DNA from: a virus
Taxonomy: Duplodnaviria; Heunggongvirae; Uroviricota; Caudoviricetes
Reading direction: 5' to 3' (one strand)
IMG/VR virus record: IMGVR_UViG_3300005289_000054
DNA length: 64,000 nt
The translations under genes and the position numbers were made by a program. The notes below the pieces were generated by a model. It had not been told where the DNA came from, searched no databases, and saw only the letters and a list, made by a program, of their open reading frames with translations. Positions within the stretch are counted from its first letter, which is position 1. Each line of letters opens with the position of its first letter. Positions 28,707 through 38,166 of the stretch are shown here, one piece after another.

Positions 28707-28966
28707 TCTTTATTCTCCAATGCATCATTATATAAATCAATTACCTGCCTAATTGTACAGAAACAACCATAAGGAGGATATGTAACATATTTAGCATTTC
28801 TCACTTCATCAGCACAAAGAATACTTACAGCATTTCCCAATACCATCGGATTATAATTAAAGCCTTTATTGTCAGAAATAAATTTCAGTAACTCTTTAAC
28901 TTCTTCAACAGTACAATATTCAGGATTGATTTTATTCATCATCATCCTCAAGTAAATTAATTTCAT
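28703..28966 (-). CDS. hypothetical protein
   Basis: 87 aa. Confidence 0.45.
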   Translation of the reverse strand: MKLIYLRMMMNKINPEYCTVEEVKELLKFISDNKGFNYNPMVLGNAVSILCADEVRNAKYVTYPPYGCFCTIRQVIDLYNDALENKE

Positions 28967-29101
28967 CTACATCAAAGCTATCAACAGTTGAAAACTCAGC
29001 ATGAGCTAAATCATAAGCAATCCGTTGTGCATCCTCTTCTGTTTCAGCAGTTATCTCATAAGTGAACCCATTAGTAACACTTCCTGATACTTCAAATAAT
29101 T

Positions 29102-29368
29102 TCACGATTCTTCACCATTGTATTCCCTTAAGATATCACAAGCTTCATCATAACCAGTCCAATTATCTACACCAGCAGCTTCTAAAGCAGACACCCAAGC
29201 CTCATGATCCAATAACTCATTGTATCGCTCTAAGCTAATAGTGATTGTTTCTTCTTCCTTATTCTCTACAACAAAACCATTGCGAATAAAGTCTTCTTGC
29301 TCTTCACGTTTTACACCATTACCATCATCAACAGCTCTTGCTATTGCGTTCATTAAGTCAATATTCAT
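29102..29368 (-). CDS. hypothetical strongly acidic protein (DNA-mimic candidate)
   Basis: 88 aa with about 25 Asp or Glu against about 7 Lys or Arg. Confidence 0.45.
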   Translation of the reverse strand: MNIDLMNAIARAVDDGNGVKREEQEDFIRNGFVVENKEEETITISLERYNELLDHEAWVSALEAAGVDNWTGYDEACDILREYNGEES

Positions 29369-29547
29369 TAAGCTTCTCCTTTAAACTCAGTACGCACACC
29401 ATGAAATAATTCATCATAATCACCAATAACTTCTCTATCCCACTCACCACAATCAAGAGCATCCTGAATAGCCTCTTCTTCAGAATCAGCAGCAATATAT
29501 TGATACTCAACAACCAAGCGTTCAACAAGGTATAATTTTTGACTCAT
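29368..29547 (-). CDS. hypothetical acidic protein
   Basis: Track ORF 29368-29580. The start was moved to the ATG at 29547, which is preceded by a strong GGAGGAAATT RBS. Confidence 0.4.
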   Translation of the reverse strand: MSQKLYLVERLVVEYQYIAADSEEEAIQDALDCGEWDREVIGDYDELFHGVRTEFKGEA

Positions 29548-29809
29548 AATTTCCTCCGATTCCATTTTCCATATTTTCAATCATTTCAAACCACATCTTA
29601 AGTTTGTAATAAGACTCTAAAGCATCAATACCAAAACCTTGTCTTTTAGCTTCAAGTCTAGCAGCAGATAAACTAGCATAAAACAACTCATTGATTGGTG
29701 CAATATCCACATCAGACATTTCATTATTTAAAATCTCAAACAAGTTGTTTAATTTCTCACAATCTTCTTTGATATCATCTGCTGTAGGTGCTGTAAACTT
29801 CATTTTCAT
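29522..29809 (-). CDS. hypothetical protein
   Basis: 95 aa. Confidence 0.45.
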   Translation of the reverse strand: MKMKFTAPTADDIKEDCEKLNNLFEILNNEMSDVDIAPINELFYASLSAARLEAKRQGFGIDALESYYKLKMWFEMIENMENGIGGNYESKIIPC

Positions 29810-29827
29810 TGTAAAACCTCATTTAAG

Positions 29828-30118
29828 TTATGTATATGGTACACAATCCATTGCATCACGCATCCACTGAGTCGCCTCTTCCTCTTCTGGATGATCTGAA
29901 ATTTCCTTATCCAAGTTAATAAATACAGAATCAAATTCAATTTCTTGAATTTCGAACATTCCATCTTCCAACTCCTCATGATAATCCATATCATTTGCAC
30001 AGCAATAGTTTTCCAAATGGCGATGCACTTGCTTGATATCTTTTGCTTTAAAATAAGCATTATACGGATTATCTTCATCACCAATGTCATATTCAGACCA
30101 TACTTTAAAATATTTCAT
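29828..30118 (-). CDS. hypothetical acidic protein
   Basis: 96 aa. This frame is preferred over the overlapping ORF 29806-30090. Confidence 0.45.
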   Translation of the reverse strand: MKYFKVWSEYDIGDEDNPYNAYFKAKDIKQVHRHLENYCCANDMDYHEELEDGMFEIQEIEFDSVFINLDKEISDHPEEEEATQWMRDAMDCVPYT

Positions 30119-30121
30119 AGA

Positions 30122-30493
30122 TTAACTCCAACTAGATATTCTTTCAAAAGATTTATTCTCACTTACTCTTAATACAGACTTACTCCACACCTTAGCTCTA
30201 CATGGTCTTTTCTTACCATCTATAATTGTAATGCTTTTACAAAGTTTCTTAGGAATCCAGTATAAATCTTCCTTCAACTTAAAGCAATATGCTTTTTCAG
30301 TTTGCATGTATAAAGATTCAAATTTATGAATGATATATTGATCTTTTCTTCGATATTCATATATATCATCATAACAATTATTACGAATAAAACGTGGTGT
30401 GCTCTCTCGATATCTCTCATAACCATCGTGTGACCACAGGTCCTCGTAGGCGTCTAAACAGTGATTAAATGTGTCACTCATCTTGAACTCCAT
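30122..30493 (-). CDS. hypothetical protein
   Basis: 123 aa. Confidence 0.45.
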   Translation of the reverse strand: MEFKMSDTFNHCLDAYEDLWSHDGYERYRESTPRFIRNNCYDDIYEYRRKDQYIIHKFESLYMQTEKAYCFKLKEDLYWIPKKLCKSITIIDGKKRPCRAKVWSKSVLRVSENKSFERISSWS

Positions 30494-30634
30494 AAATATC
30501 CATTATTGTATAAGATTCATAGTTACTAAGGTTTGCAACTTGGTCAGCTCGCATATTCGCTTCAGCCCAATCTTCTGCCTCAATAAGTATCTCTTCAGTT
30601 GTTGTATATTCAACTACAACTTTATACCAAGGCA

Positions 30635-30829
30635 TTATAATTCTCCATTAATATCTTTAATGACTCGCTCAATACTAGAATAAGTAGTATCAACATAATG
30701 CATATCACTATCGTATAACACAACATACCAATCACCCATTGCATCTCTTGTGATTCTCTGGATGTCTTTTGAATTGATTATTGTATCTTCATTTACTTTA
30801 ATTAACATCTTTACCTCCAAACGGTACAT
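30635..30829 (-). CDS. hypothetical protein
   Basis: 64 aa. Confidence 0.4.
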   Translation of the reverse strand: MYRLEVKMLIKVNEDTIINSKDIQRITRDAMGDWYVVLYDSDMHYVDTTYSSIERVIKDINGEL

Positions 30830-30971
30830 TATTAAGAAGAACAGAAATTACCATATCAAATTCCTCCTTTGAAATAGGCTCCTCATTATCGCAAGGATAT
30901 ACTGAATCTAATAAACTGTCGTGTACAGTGTCAACAATCTCCAACCATCTTGAATTGTTCATAACATGCTC

Positions 30972-31154
30972 CTATTTGCTCTTGAATGACTCATAGTACA
31001 TCATCTCAGTATCTTCTGCTACACTACTACCAGAACCCCACAAACTACCCTTATTTCTCAAATTACGAGAATTTAAAGCATCCTTCTTTACTTTACGTTT
31101 TGCTTTCTCATATTCGTAATCAGATTTAAAGCTACCAATATCCAACTTCTTCAT
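30972..31154 (-). CDS. hypothetical protein
   Basis: 60 aa. Confidence 0.35.
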   Translation of the reverse strand: MKKLDIGSFKSDYEYEKAKRKVKKDALNSRNLRNKGSLWGSGSSVAEDTEMMYYESFKSK

Positions 31155-31159
31155 TTAAA

Positions 31160-31441
31160 CTAAACCTCACACCAAGCAATACATGTGTTTTGAATTAATG
31201 AAAATACATCAACAACATCCCGTTTTGTTTTAAAATCATTTCCATAAGAATAACACTCTACCTCTCTATCAGGAGTATTAATCTTAAATAGAAATAAAGC
31301 TCCCATTTGGTTTACAGCAACCACATTAAAACCCTCCAGTTTCTTATTCATATTGTTAAGATCAGGATGACTTCGAGAGTTCATCATTACTGTATTAAAA
31401 TCACTACCAACTAAATAACCCAAATTAAAATCACCAAACAT
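31160..31441 (-). CDS. hypothetical protein
   Basis: 93 aa. Confidence 0.4.
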   Translation of the reverse strand: MFGDFNLGYLVGSDFNTVMMNSRSHPDLNNMNKKLEGFNVVAVNQMGALFLFKINTPDREVECYSYGNDFKTKRDVVDVFSLIQNTCIAWCEV

Positions 31442-31709
31442 TTATTTCTCCAGAAAATATATTCCTTGTTTCGAGGACAAGCAAGGGAACTTGTTTTTTA
31501 TTACCCTACCTCTTACATGTTATTTAAAGTACACAACAAGCTACTATTGACACTAGAACTGAAAGTCCTCATCATCCATTTCTAGCGCTTGCCAAGGAGT
31601 ATAGACGTTCGCATTGAAGCGCCACATGTCAGGGCTGTACTTTTCCTAAATATCTACAATACACATATAATAAAAAACCCTACCGACAATGTCAATAGGG
31701 TTTTGTTAA

Positions 31710-31931
31710 TTATTTTAAAATATTTTTTAGGTCTTGCAATCCGCCAACATACTCACCATCTTTAGTGATCATTGGGAAAGTTTTATGCTTGCCTCCGCCA
31801 ATCTCAACAATTGTTTTTAGTTGGTAATCCACACCAAGCATCAAATACTCATGTTCAATACCTTTCATATTACACAACTGTTTAGCTTGTTCACAAGCAC
31901 CACAACCTTGCTTACCATAAATTGAAATCAT
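31710..31931 (-). CDS. glutaredoxin/NrdH-like redoxin
   Basis: 73 aa with a CGAC active-site motif near the N-terminus (IYGKQGCGACEQAK). It lies directly downstream of the nrdA/nrdB-like genes. Confidence 0.6.
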   Translation of the reverse strand: MISIYGKQGCGACEQAKQLCNMKGIEHEYLMLGVDYQLKTIVEIGGGKHKTFPMITKDGEYVGGLQDLKNILK

Positions 31932-31940
31932 CTTACCTCC

Positions 31941-33677
31941 TTATTCACAATTAGAACACCCAAAACGTTCATAGTCGCCACCACGACTTGAATAACAATA
32001 ATACAACCCATTAGTCATATCATCCAATAAAGCTTGTTTGTGACAATCAGCAATATAATCTGGACTATCATTACCACTAAAATATAAATTAATAGATTGT
32101 TGTTGATCAATATATGGTTGACGTTGAGAACATAATTCTAAGTGTGCCTTCATGTCAAGCTCAAAAGCGTTTCTCAATACATCCTTTAAATGTTGTGGCA
32201 TAAAATTACACTTCTGAACACTGCCTTTATTCTCAGCAATAAACTTAATATTTTCGGCAGTGTACTCACCTAACTCTTTCAACACTTTTAATAATTCCGT
32301 GTTGATTCTAAATATATCTCCACCAACAGTTTCTTTAACTCGTATCAAAGCTGTCTCTGGATTAATACTTTCAGTAGGAGATTCTTTAGCTAATTCAGCA
32401 GAAGATTTTGTTGGTGGCATCATCATTACTGTAGCAGTTCGTTTACCATAACCAACAAGCTTTTCAGGTTCTCCCATCACTGTAGCCAACCAACTATTAC
32501 ATTCATCTAAGTCGTGTCGCATTCGTTTAAATACTTCTTCGTTTAAAACCATAGACTCGAATGAACCAAATACGATTCTTCGCTTCATGAATAGAGAGTG
32601 CAAACCACAAACCCCCGTACCTACAGCCCTAAAGTCTTTTGTAAACTTCAACACTTTAGATAAGAAGATTTTATTTTCTCCTGTTTTCTTTTCCAATTCC
32701 TCAATATATCCACTCACATTACAATCTTGCATAATGTGCAAAATGTGAAACAAGTGTTCTGGGAATTCATCATATAGAGCTAGGTTAGCATTGACAATAA
32801 CACAAGTAAAAGAATACTCTTGACTTGATGGTAAGTTTACCTCATTGCAAAGGTTACTAGCATGTACTTTTAAATTTAAATCTTTAAAAACTTGAGCTTT
32901 ATTTCTGTTCATTGTGTCAATCTTGGTAAAATATCCTTTACCTGTTTGCATACGAATCTGCACTACCCGACCAAAACGAGAAACAGCATCTTCATCTCCG
33001 TTAACCAATCGACCGATGAATTCATCATCAATCAACCAAGAGATGTTGAGAGAATCACTTTCAGCAAAAAGTTTATCAGCAACTTTCCAAAAATCACCAT
33101 GAGCAATGTTTACTGCAAATTGCGTTTGACCTCTACGTATGCCTTGATTGATATCAAAAGTACTTTTTTGCATATCATCAATCACAGGGATAATTCCTTC
33201 ACTGATGTTTCCATCTTTATCATAGACAGTGCCTTCAGCTAACCAATCAGAAACAGGCATAGAGCACCCATGAGAGTTCTTAATCAAAACCTCCAACTCA
33301 CCACGAATAAATGCTTTTGATGCAACACTATTACCCATGTATTGACCACAACACGACACTGTTAGCCCACGGAAAGGTAGTCCTGCATTAGCTTTAAGTG
33401 GTGTTGAGTGAACAGCATACCCATCCCATGCAACACTGAAGAATACTTCTTCGTAAGTCTTACCTTTTGTGTATACATCCTCTTCCCACCAATCAGGATA
33501 AACACTTGGAGCGTATTTAGCTAGGTATTTAGCAATAGTCTTCTCTCGACTTTTAACTGTTTCTCCCTGATAAGAATATTTGTCCATAAAAAACTGAAGT
33601 GCATTTGTTGAGTACCACTGAGGAATCTCGTCCTTACTCTTTAATTCATCTTTAAGCGCTCGAAAATCCAAACCCAT
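31941..33677 (-). CDS. nrdA: ribonucleotide reductase large subunit (class I NrdA-like, no obvious ATP cone)
   Basis: Carries the active-site motif HASNLCNEV and a C-terminal Cys pair (CSNCE). The start is uncertain between 33677 and 33686, and the 33677 ATG overlaps the nrdB stop. Confidence 0.65.
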   Translation of the reverse strand: MGLDFRALKDELKSKDEIPQWYSTNALQFFMDKYSYQGETVKSREKTIAKYLAKYAPSVYPDWWEEDVYTKGKTYEEVFFSVAWDGYAVHSTPLKANAGLPFRGLTVSCCGQYMGNSVASKAFIRGELEVLIKNSHGCSMPVSDWLAEGTVYDKDGNISEGIIPVIDDMQKSTFDINQGIRRGQTQFAVNIAHGDFWKVADKLFAESDSLNISWLIDDEFIGRLVNGDEDAVSRFGRVVQIRMQTGKGYFTKIDTMNRNKAQVFKDLNLKVHASNLCNEVNLPSSQEYSFTCVIVNANLALYDEFPEHLFHILHIMQDCNVSGYIEELEKKTGENKIFLSKVLKFTKDFRAVGTGVCGLHSLFMKRRIVFGSFESMVLNEEVFKRMRHDLDECNSWLATVMGEPEKLVGYGKRTATVMMMPPTKSSAELAKESPTESINPETALIRVKETVGGDIFRINTELLKVLKELGEYTAENIKFIAENKGSVQKCNFMPQHLKDVLRNAFELDMKAHLELCSQRQPYIDQQQSINLYFSGNDSPDYIADCHKQALLDDMTNGLYYCYSSRGGDYERFGCSNCE

Positions 33678-34690
33678 TACAACCATACCCCTTTAAAACT
33701 ATCTGCTGTCCACGCCATCTCATACTCTTTATTCTTACCTTTACCAAAAAAATCAGGTTCAGCATAAGCAATCGACTGTGTGACAAACCAAGAGTGTAAC
33801 TCACTTTTCTCAACATTAAATGGTAATTTCTTACAATTTAATCTAACAAAATAATCATCTGCTAATTTTTCAATCAAAGTAAAATATTCTTCAATCTTCA
33901 CACCATTGAAACTACCTTCTTCTCCAATTAACTGTGTAAGTATGTACTTCTCATTTTCTACAACATTATATGTTTGATCGAGTAGTTTATTGTAGTATTC
34001 TTCATCTTCTTCTAATGTAATACCGCGCTCCGCATAGTAATAATTAAATGCGGTTGCTAGATATTCACTATGAAGTAGCTCATCAATTGCAGATTGCTTA
34101 GTTCCTTTAACAGTCGTGGAAATCAGATTATATCCATTTGCCTGAAAGCTTCGTAATAAAGCAAACATAGAGAATAGCGACACACCTTCTACCAATCCAT
34201 AAACCAAACACACTTCATGTTTATCCTTCCCTTTAAGTGTTTTACCCAACCACTTAGCACGTTCTTTGAATATTGGGTCTTGTAGGTAAGAAAGATAATG
34301 TTCATCCGTATCTGTTCCATAAACCTTATTGACTTTATCATAAAAACGCTCATGTACCGCTCTTTCCATCATACCAATAACTAAAGCACCCTCTTTACAT
34401 TCTGGTGCTTTAAAATACTCTGCAAAAACTTTCACCCAAAATTCAGCAACATTATCTTCATACTTCCTAAACATAGGTAGGATTGCTTTCACCACCCGTT
34501 GTTGTGTTGGGGTGAGCTTGTACAACATCTCTAAGCGATCCTCTTCATAAACTTTAGTTTCTGAAGCAAACCACATTTGTTTCTCTAATTGTCTATCAGA
34601 CAATTCTAACAATCTTGGGTATCGTGTTTCATATCCATCGTACTCCGATGTTATATATAGTTTTGTATTTCCTTCCTTATCAACTATCAC
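33677..34690 (-). CDS. nrdB: ribonucleotide reductase small subunit NrdB
   Basis: 337 aa with a ferritin-like diiron motif region (VEGVSLFSMFALL). It is coupled to the nrdA-like gene. Confidence 0.7.
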   Translation of the reverse strand: MIVDKEGNTKLYITSEYDGYETRYPRLLELSDRQLEKQMWFASETKVYEEDRLEMLYKLTPTQQRVVKAILPMFRKYEDNVAEFWVKVFAEYFKAPECKEGALVIGMMERAVHERFYDKVNKVYGTDTDEHYLSYLQDPIFKERAKWLGKTLKGKDKHEVCLVYGLVEGVSLFSMFALLRSFQANGYNLISTTVKGTKQSAIDELLHSEYLATAFNYYYAERGITLEEDEEYYNKLLDQTYNVVENEKYILTQLIGEEGSFNGVKIEEYFTLIEKLADDYFVRLNCKKLPFNVEKSELHSWFVTQSIAYAEPDFFGKGKNKEYEMAWTADSFKGVWL

Positions 34691-34923
34691 TTTTTACCAC
34701 CAAATGAATTTTTAATAAAATCGATTACATTTACAACCAACATACATGCCAAGGCAATAGGACTAATCAGCAAAAGAAAGCCAATAAAGAAAAAATTATT
34801 TTCTTTGTATTGCTCTAAATCCTCTTTATCATCAAGAATCGCCTCAATATTAAAATGAATTAGAAGGGTAATAATAATCCCTAATAAAAAGTATAATAAC
34901 ACAAAAAATAATTCCATAATCAA
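34687..34923 (-). CDS. small membrane protein
   Basis: 78 aa with two TM segments. Confidence 0.4.
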   Translation of the reverse strand: MIMELFFVLLYFLLGIIITLLIHFNIEAILDDKEDLEQYKENNFFFIGFLLLISPIALACMLVVNVIDFIKNSFGGKK

Positions 34924-35331
34924 TTACCACCTTTCATGATATTTACGAGCGTTCCAACTCTCAATACGATTTTTCATCTCGTCAGAACACATTCTATTTT
35001 TATACCACTCATCATCACAACGCTCATAGCCACTGTAACGAATACCTGTATGGACACTATTAAATCGTGTCTTATGTGTTAGTTTCTCACTATCAAATCC
35101 AAGAGGTGTATTAATACCCCATACCTTAAAAAGAATTTCTTCAATTGTTGGGTTTTCCGATATTTCCCCTGAAACAATACCAGCCTTTAGAACATTCTGA
35201 TATACTGGATTCTTAAGATCACTCTCTGAAACAAATACACCAACAGCTTGATGCAAATGATTATATCTTTCAATAGAATCTTTCTTTTTACTATCGTACT
35301 GTCCTTCAGCCTTACTTTTAGTCTTTGACAT
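34924..35331 (-). CDS. hypothetical protein
   Basis: 135 aa. Confidence 0.45.
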   Translation of the reverse strand: MSKTKSKAEGQYDSKKKDSIERYNHLHQAVGVFVSESDLKNPVYQNVLKAGIVSGEISENPTIEEILFKVWGINTPLGFDSEKLTHKTRFNSVHTGIRYSGYERCDDEWYKNRMCSDEMKNRIESWNARKYHERW

Positions 35332-35965
35332 TCAAATGTTTCTCCAATAAATCTCCCAGTTCAACAGTTGGGAATCCTTCACGTTTACGAACTTTTCCAT
35401 GTTCATTTTTCAACATATAATATGTCACATCATCAACCACAACAATAGATTTAGTCAGATGCTCATTAGCAGGGGCTTTCCATTTCTTAAATTCAGCCTT
35501 ACTTGTAGTTACCTTAGCCATATTATTTTCAATAACTCGATCTACAGCTTCTTCAATTAAGTTATATGTACCATCACTACCTAACATTAAGTTTGATAAT
35601 ACAAGGTTAGCCATTGTCGTTACAAGAGCGATTCGTTTATGATTAACCATAACGTTTTCACGTTTACGCGCCTCGTCAATCAAGTAGTGAAGATATGGAA
35701 CAGTATATAGTACATCACAACAGGCATCCAGCTCCTCAGTTACATCATACCCAAAGTTATCACACCACTCCTTAATCTCTTCGTAAGATACAATGTCAGC
35801 CTGAACACGAATAGCTTCTGACATCTCTTCATCAGAATAATCTTCAACAGACTTACCACGAATGATTTTATTTAAAAGGATTGCTGATTCTAAGGACTTG
35901 TTGACAATTTTTTGATAGTGCTCTTTCTTATTATATTTATTAACCGATTCTTTCTCATTTGACAT
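35318..35965 (-). CDS. hypothetical protein
   Basis: 215 aa. Confidence 0.5.
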   Translation of the reverse strand: MSNEKESVNKYNKKEHYQKIVNKSLESAILLNKIIRGKSVEDYSDEEMSEAIRVQADIVSYEEIKEWCDNFGYDVTEELDACCDVLYTVPYLHYLIDEARKRENVMVNHKRIALVTTMANLVLSNLMLGSDGTYNLIEEAVDRVIENNMAKVTTSKAEFKKWKAPANEHLTKSIVVVDDVTYYMLKNEHGKVRKREGFPTVELGDLLEKHLNVKD

Positions 35966-35995
35966 TCTTACTAAATCTCCTTACTATTTAATATT

Positions 35996-36073
35996 TGGTT
36001 GGACTGGTCGGACTCGAACCGATCGACCTGACAGTTATGAGCCATCTGCTCTTACCACATGAGCTACAGTCCA
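35996..36073 (-). tRNA. tRNA-Met/Ile2 (anticodon CAU)
   Basis: Manual fold of the minus-strand sequence. The acceptor stem is TGGACTG/CAGTCCA, the D stem GCTC/GAGC, the anticodon loop CUCAUAA, the T loop TTCGAGT, and the CCA is encoded. Confidence 0.6.
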
Positions 36074-36074
36074 T

Positions 36075-36359
36075 TTACTTTAACTTTATCTTGGCTTCAA
36101 ATACGAAACGATAATTATTGTCTGTTAAAACCTTTGCTCTTTCATATGTTGTTGCCATTCGCAATACAGCTCCAGTATAAGAAACAATTGCAAAAACACA
36201 ATCAGTTGAATCCTCTGTAGCAATATCTCCAACCTTAAATTTAAATTTTCTATATGTGTATGTCTTATCATACGCACACAGAAATTTAGCTAAAGATTTT
36301 GAGAATGTAAATCTCATTACCTTTCCTTCTTTATTTAAGATTCCATATATACTTCGCAT
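36075..36359 (-). CDS. hypothetical protein
   Basis: 94 aa, between two tRNAs. Confidence 0.4.
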   Translation of the reverse strand: MRSIYGILNKEGKVMRFTFSKSLAKFLCAYDKTYTYRKFKFKVGDIATEDSTDCVFAIVSYTGAVLRMATTYERAKVLTDNNYRFVFEAKIKLK

Positions 36360-36424
36360 AGAAGTTTTATCAATACAGTTGCGACAAATCTAATGTTTCA
36401 TAATAATTCCTTTAAAATAATATT

Positions 36425-36499
36425 TGGTCAGATATCTCAGATTCGAACTGAGGAAGACAATTTTAGGGATTGCTGTTTTACCGCTAAACTAATATCCGA
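36425..36499 (-). tRNA. tRNA with apparent CUA anticodon (possible amber suppressor); identity uncertain
   Basis: Manual fold. The acceptor stem is CGGATAT/ATATCTG, the D stem GTTT/AAAC, the anticodon stem GCAAT/ATTGT with loop CCCUAAA (C33 is unusual), the T arm CTCAG-TTCGAAT-CTGAG, and the CCA is encoded. It is 75 nt long. Confidence 0.5.
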
Positions 36500-36502
36500 A
36501 TT

Positions 36503-36571
36503 TGGGGGTGATAGAGGGATTCGAACCCATATGTTATCTAGAATATACACCTCAGTCCACAAGGTATCACC
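36503..36571 (-). tRNA. degenerate or atypical tRNA-like element
   Basis: It has a perfect 7-bp acceptor stem (GGTGATA/TATCACC), a TTCGAAT T-loop and an encoded CCA. However, it is only 69 nt long, with a weak T stem and a D arm that cannot be assigned. Confidence 0.35.
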
Positions 36572-36577
36572 CATAGT

Positions 36578-36654
36578 TGGCGCGCTGTACTGGATTCGAA
36601 CCAGCTACCATTCGCTTAGAAGGCGAATGCTCTATCCATCTGAGCTAACAGCGC
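36578..36654 (-). tRNA. tRNA-Arg (anticodon UCU)
   Basis: Manual fold. The acceptor stem is GCGCTGT, the D arm TAGCTCAGATGGATAGAGC, the anticodon stem TTCGC/GCGAA with loop CUUCUAA, and the T arm GCTGG-TTCGAAT-CCAGT. Confidence 0.7.
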
Positions 36655-36746
36655 TTTATGTTTTGTATATTACATATAAATATTTTTGGTGTCAACAAGT
36701 ATTTCAATCATTAACACCATTTTATTACTGTTTGGTTGTTTTTAAA

Positions 36747-37040
36747 TCAATTAAAAACTTTTTGTAGTGTTGCAACAACCTTTCCCATGTCAGATTGTTG
36801 CTGGGAATTTTGAGGCTCAATACTTACTTTCACATACCCAAAATCTTCACTCCATACAGTAAAATTAGCACTACCATATCCCCTAGGATACCATCCAACA
36901 GTATTAACCCCCTCAACAAGAGAAACATCTGGATGCTCGATATGTAATTCCCGCAATCTTGCTGCATTAATATTCTTTAACGAGATAACATCTGCATGTA
37001 TGTGTGCGACAGATACAACTTCTTTAATCTCAATGCTCAC
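36747..37040 (-). CDS. hypothetical protein
   Basis: 97 aa. Confidence 0.4.
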   Translation of the reverse strand: MSIEIKEVVSVAHIHADVISLKNINAARLRELHIEHPDVSLVEGVNTVGWYPRGYGSANFTVWSEDFGYVKVSIEPQNSQQQSDMGKVVATLQKVFN

Positions 37041-37996
37041 CGTGAAACTCCTAGTAATTTGTCACCTTTGCTGTTAATGCGGCTAACGCCGTCACAACTA
37101 TTGCAACGATATAATTCAAATCCATTTTGTGCCGTATAGTCAAATCCCGTTTCTTTGCGGACATCATCACTTCCACACTTAGTACAACGTAGATGATCTG
37201 TGTTGTATTTCTGATTAAGCAACGTTCCTATATTAATACCTGTTGTCCAAGACATAATCTTCTTGTGAAGCTCACGAGTAACCTCAATATCTCCACGATT
37301 ATACTCACACATCTGATCTAAAGCATTAATAGACTGCTGATAATTCTCAATCATCATACATCTTTTCCATAAACCAAAACCACCTGTGTCTTGCTTAAGA
37401 ATAGAGAATCCTAAGTACTTACAGATATTCTGCATTGAATTAGAAGGGAATCTAAATAATGTTTTTGCTTGAGAGTACAAATCAAGATGCTTGATAGGTT
37501 TTAATGGTGGTAATCCCCAGAATAACATTCTGGTACGCAAGTATTTAATATCAAATTTAATTCCGTTGAAAGATACAAGTAGGTCAGATTCATTAATTGC
37601 TTTAGCAAGATTAACAACCAATGTTAAATCGTCTTCTTGTGCAATTTCTTCTGGAGAAATTTTGTAACCAACAACAGGACCATCATTATAAGCATATGCT
37701 ACAGATAGAAGATGTGAGTGACGCTTAATCATCTCCTCCGATAGATTTTGTTTCCATCTACCCCAAACATAACCCTCTTCTGGAGATGTCTCAATATCAA
37801 AGTAAAGGATTTTCAACTTCTTCTCAGCACTCTCATCAAGCAATTGCTGAACAGCTTGTTGCTCACGATCATATCGTGTAAAAAAATCATTAACTGTTGA
37901 TTTTTGAGTTCTATTCCAACATAACTTATCACAAATCTTTCGAGAGGATAATCCTTGCTTACGATAATCTAAAGCTTTCTTTTGCCAATCTTTCAT
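37037..37996 (-). CDS. DEDD-family 3'-5' exonuclease (DnaQ/RNase T-like) with C-terminal zinc ribbon
   Basis: Exo I motif ILYFDIETS, and a C-terminal CTKCGSDD...CNSCDG. Confidence 0.5.
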   Translation of the reverse strand: MKDWQKKALDYRKQGLSSRKICDKLCWNRTQKSTVNDFFTRYDREQQAVQQLLDESAEKKLKILYFDIETSPEEGYVWGRWKQNLSEEMIKRHSHLLSVAYAYNDGPVVGYKISPEEIAQEDDLTLVVNLAKAINESDLLVSFNGIKFDIKYLRTRMLFWGLPPLKPIKHLDLYSQAKTLFRFPSNSMQNICKYLGFSILKQDTGGFGLWKRCMMIENYQQSINALDQMCEYNRGDIEVTRELHKKIMSWTTGINIGTLLNQKYNTDHLRCTKCGSDDVRKETGFDYTAQNGFELYRCNSCDGVSRINSKGDKLLGVSR

Positions 37997-38166
37997 TCAT
38001 CCTCCTCAACAATTTCTAATTCAATATCTTGTATCGAACCATCAAAAGCAGCATACGCTTCATTCCAAGCAATATCTCGAATTTCGTCATATGTAGTTTC
38101 AGGTGAAAGATGATCAAGTTCAATTGTTTTATAACAATCCAATCGCACATGTACATAAACTTTCAT
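37997..38166 (-). CDS. small hypothetical acidic protein (about 56 aa)
   Basis: Manually translated ORF. Its TGA stop abuts the ATG of the exonuclease gene. It falls below the track cutoff. Confidence 0.3.

Noticed and set aside
29806-30090. 94-aa ORF overlapping ORF 29828-30118 in another frame
   Set aside because: It overlaps almost entirely. The 29828-30118 frame gives an acidic protein typical of its neighbours, while the alternative frame is Lys/Ile-rich low-complexity sequence.
32260-33242. Plus-strand ORFs 32260-32451, 32892-33242 and 32914-33102
   Set aside because: They lie antisense inside the well-supported nrdA-like gene. No RBS is present, and the composition is skewed.
16387-35965. 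Whether the whole minus-strand block could be an integrated mobile element or defence island
   Set aside because: There is no integrase, recombinase, att-like direct repeat or tRNA-adjacent boundary. The gene content is nrd, thyX, HNH and small early genes, and the uniform composition is continuous with the rest of the phage genome.
36393-36767. 124-aa plus-strand ORF in the track
   Set aside because: It lies antisense across three tRNA genes. Its sequence is dictated by the tRNA stems, so it is not a real CDS.
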